This document shows positions 60,161 to 64,000 of a stretch of DNA of 64,000 bases, one piece after another. Below the pieces are notes generated by a model. It ran no database searches and was not told the DNA's origin. It saw nothing but the letters and a program-made list of their open reading frames with translations. The stretch's first letter is position 1, and each line of letters opens with the position of its first letter. The position numbers were made by a program, and so were the translations under genes. Source of the stretch: Tubulanus polymorphus (Eukaryota; Animalia; Nemertea); assembly GCF_964204645.1 (NCBI RefSeq), contig NC_134034.1, forward strand, positions 9,250,962-9,314,961, in the 5' to 3' direction.

Positions 60161-63100
60161 TCGGTTGGACACTGTATATTTCATTGCACAGTATTTTTCC
60201 AAGAAGCAAATCAACTTAAAATTGTGAAATCGAATCTAAGATGTATCAGCCCACATGTAAGCGGCAATATTATCGGAGGGAGAGTGGGGACTAAAGCATT
60301 TCAAACATTCTGCTGATTTAGCTCAGATGTCTGATTCTTCGTTACGTAATTCCCACATGGTTGCGCGGTTAGCCGAGCAAGAGCGAGGGACCGCCGCACG
60401 TTACTGATCAAACACGCATTTTAATTACTACCTTGTTGTGAAAACAGGTTCATTAAACTGTTCCGCGCTAATCTGCGCTGAACCCCGAACAGTAAGACAC
60501 GAGAAATATCTAAATTATATACCTTCAGCAGGTAGGTACAGTTTCGTAGATACAGGTTATTCGACCCTCCACAAGCAGGAACTACCTGATCCAAGATAGA
60601 TTTAACAATCCAAGGCCGTTAATGAATAAACCACAATTCAAAATTCATCGAGAGGCCGTCGATATTAATTGCATTGAATCGTCGAATTGACATTTCTCTC
60701 AGATCGCATCAACCGAACAACCCCTGAGATGTGATTGATTCTCATAGAGATATGTACTATGTTCATGGTTATTCTATATAAAATATGTAATATGATATGT
60801 ATTCTGTCCCTGTGACTCTATTGAAATAAATATATACATAATCGAGGATGAGACGAAAGCCACTGGTAACTCACACTGATTTTTTCTGAGAGCTGCATTT
60901 TTCAGGCAGTTGGGTGGCCGCAGTGCTACAAACGAGGATTCCATGTATGGAAGGCGAGGATCCGCCTGGTGTCGCTAGTAGCTGGTTGGTCGTTCGATGT
61001 CTTTTACTTTTCAATTAAATCTGATTCGTGAAAACTAAGCCGATATCTGAGAAGGAGAATGAAAGTGTTGTATATTTGGTGATGCTGTGATAATGTATGG
61101 ATTCGGGAGTCTAAAGATCCAGTTTAAAGTTCATTGAAAATGAACTATTTTTGACGTATTTCACTGATCTTTGCACGGTATCATTGAACTATGTAAATAG
61201 TTCTGAACTACTGGTTTTTGTCAGTTGATAAACCGGCAGCTTGTATGCACGTATACGTGTATTTATGCGATTCGATTCGTAGAAATTGCCGTGAACTCTC
61301 ATTCCTACGACTGTACAGGTTTAACATCTCTCTCTTCAACACTCTACATCGCGCAGACGAATCAACTCGTCAGAAATCTTCATCTGACACTTCCAGCTAT
61401 ACCAGATCGTAATTCGAGATAACGGGACAAGGATATCACCTCATTTACTCTAAACCCCAGCCATCAAAATTAGAAGGCCTACATAGAATATAAACAGTAG
61501 ACTCCGTTTACCCCGGATTCGATGGCCACAGATTATTACGTGCTCCGCCTGCTAATATTTCAGATTTCGGGTTACAATTATAATTTAGCATAAGATAAGA
61601 TATAACATTATTTCCTTGAGTGAGACATACGGACATTGTAAATCGATAAACAAGAAAACTATCTTGAAAGTTTATTGACGTCTTAAAGATTAACACATAG
61701 ATATATTCTTACGTGTTGCTTAACATTGTCGACAATAAATACTATAATATAAATTAAATATAATATGGATCAATAAAGTAATTTTGGGTTTGAATACATC
61801 GATAATTGAATTGTATTGACCGGAAACCAGTCTAGCATCAATTTAATGATAATTTACATCCTCTCAAAAGTAATCATTGAAATTTATCAAAAATAAAATG
61901 AGAGTCATGAAATATATCTAATAAGAAATTAACGCAAAAATTCACAATTGTAATAGTTATTTTGGAACACCAATATTGATGACGTAGTGCGCATCGACTC
62001 ACACAGAACCCGTTAAATAACACACAAGGTATCAATATATAAGCATTATTCTAACGGTTTTCACTGCGTCAAAAATGAATCAACTCAAGAATTTTCTAAG
62101 GCCTACTGTCGTGCCATCTAGCGGCATGACTGGAATGTCATTTTTCGACATTTTGACTCGATGACTTCGTTGATTTGTTTAGGTTAAAGGTAACGTTTGA
62201 TCTATATCTCGGATATACGTGTTTATATCATCAACCCGAACTAGAAGCGCGGATAATGACGTCACAGACACAAGAACGGCTATTAATCAAACTATTTACT
62301 ACCGACAGCGACGGTTTCAGTCATCGTGCATTAAACCCATTGATTTATAAGTAACGAGTATTTTATTTGCTGGGAGGATTTTACGAGTACTTGTAGTAGT
62401 CGCCTCTCTATTCCCGGCGCGTGTGTAGTGTATCAATACGTGCATTTAACCCGGAATATTTCATTCGAAATATCAAAAGCTGGGAGTTTCAGCATGACAT
62501 TTAGTTACTGGATCGATCAACTGAAAATTCAGGCATCTGCCTATCATTCGACGGTTACATCGAAAAGAAGCAAGCCGTAGTTCGAGTCTAAAAAGTTAAA
62601 AGCTTTAGAAATAGGCACAAATTCCTTCCTGCTCATGAATTTTCGAATAAGACGCCATTTTTTCTTCGGGTAATATGAAATGTTGCTCGGCAAATAGAAT
62701 TTCAATATACAAATGGAAAATGTGTTTTGCAAAGAAGGCGACGGAGAAAAATCGCAGAATACAACATAAAACTCGGTCATTTTACATACGAGCAAAGCAG
62801 AGAATTTGTATTTATTGAGCGACTCGTCTGCTGGGAAAATTTGATTTATGTTCTTAGAACTCATTTCGTCTGGTGCTAAAACACAAATTACGGCCGAAGA
62901 GAGGGAGAGAGGGAGAGGAAGAGGGAGAGAGCGAGAATCAACGAATTATGCAAACAATTCCCGTATGGCGAATTTGAATTGTCCATAATTACCAGGAATA
63001 CTTACTTCGGTTTCTATTGACTCCTCCTAATGCTGGGGGTAAACAGTTTTCTGTGTTGATTTTATAGGCTTGGAAAAAAGACTTTTTTCTATTTTGGGAA

Positions 63101-63523
63101 ATATAACATTGTGTTGTTGAAACGGCAATAATTTTATGGCACTCTTAGTGGGTGTTATATTTGTTATGAATAAATAATGAATTAATTTACCGCCTAAAAT
63201 GTGTCTGATTTTTGTGTATCAATAAAAAGGGTGGTACATTATGAATACAGTGGAACCTCGATCCCATCAGAATATCTGGTCGTTTTAACCGATAATTCTT
63301 TATACACAGCGGAACCCTGTAAATAACGAGACCAGAAAATCAGCGCGTCATAACCCATAGTTCATTATATTCAGTATGAAATTATCGACATTTTGTTCCT
63401 ATTAGGGATCAAATTCGAGGTTTTTGATAATCGATAAATTGTTGTCGTTTTGTACATCTGCAAATTGGATACATACACTATCGCCGCGATAAGCCGCGTA
63501 TTTCAGCCGTGAATAATTTCAAT

Positions 63524-63660
63524 GTGTGAACGCTGAGTACCGTACTGAAATCATAGTGTGAACGCTGCGTACCGTACTGAGATCATAGTGTGAACGCTGA
63601 GTACCGTACTGAGATCATAGTGTGAACGCTGAGTACCGTACTGAAATCGTAGTGTGAACG
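63524..63660. repeat. 32-bp tandem repeat, about 4 copies
   Basis: GTGTGAACGCTGAGTACCGTACTGARATCATA. Confidence 0.9.
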
Positions 63661-64000
63661 CAGCTATACATTTCTAAAAAATGTTGCTTCGCTTACAAGT
63701 GAAATCCTCGACTGCCACAATACGTTATTACTAATGCCCGCAACGTTAAATGACTACGACAGTTAATATATGATATTATTACTTAGAGTATATTTGTTAT
63801 TTTGAAAAGAAGGCTTCACTGGCATGTGAGTACATTGTTCGGCTGCTATCTCTCAGGACGTCTGCAAAGTTTGATAAGAAATCAATAATTTTGTGGCGTA
63901 CCGCAGACGACTTATGACGCGTAATTACTATAGTCAATCATTGAATATAATCCATGGATTTTGAGGATGAATTACTAATGATGAGAATAGCGCGCATTCT

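Noticed and set aside
55100-64000. Short ORFs in the last 9 kb
   Set aside because: No recognisable motifs or consistent exon chain; treated as intergenic or intronic.

Overview
This is AT-rich eukaryotic genomic DNA with spliceosomal GT-AG introns, most likely from a marine invertebrate; the taxon cannot be fixed from sequence alone. Host genes: an intronless class A GPCR (16840-17823), a 7-exon L-xylulose reductase/DCXR-like SDR (50599-54694, minus) with an orphan paralogous exon 21 kb away, and tRNA-Leu(CAG) plus a decayed copy. Most of the rest is mobile DNA: MULE-like, Harbinger, Gypsy, DIRS, two Penelope-like elements, MITEs and tandem arrays. Two things stand out. (1) Three insertions (1-3246, 9856-~10330, 46556-47887) share AGTAATAGGG termini that fold into 120-160 bp hairpins. 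A common promoter cassette leads into different Polinton/NCLDV-like genes (penton-like, HNH, zinc-finger) with TAAATG-type starts. (2) A head-to-head, intron-rich gene pair (20114-28400) joins the N-terminal part of a Sola/DUF7869-like transposase to a 17-exon gene for a ParB/Srx-fold protein. All family assignments come from motif recognition by eye; no searches were run.
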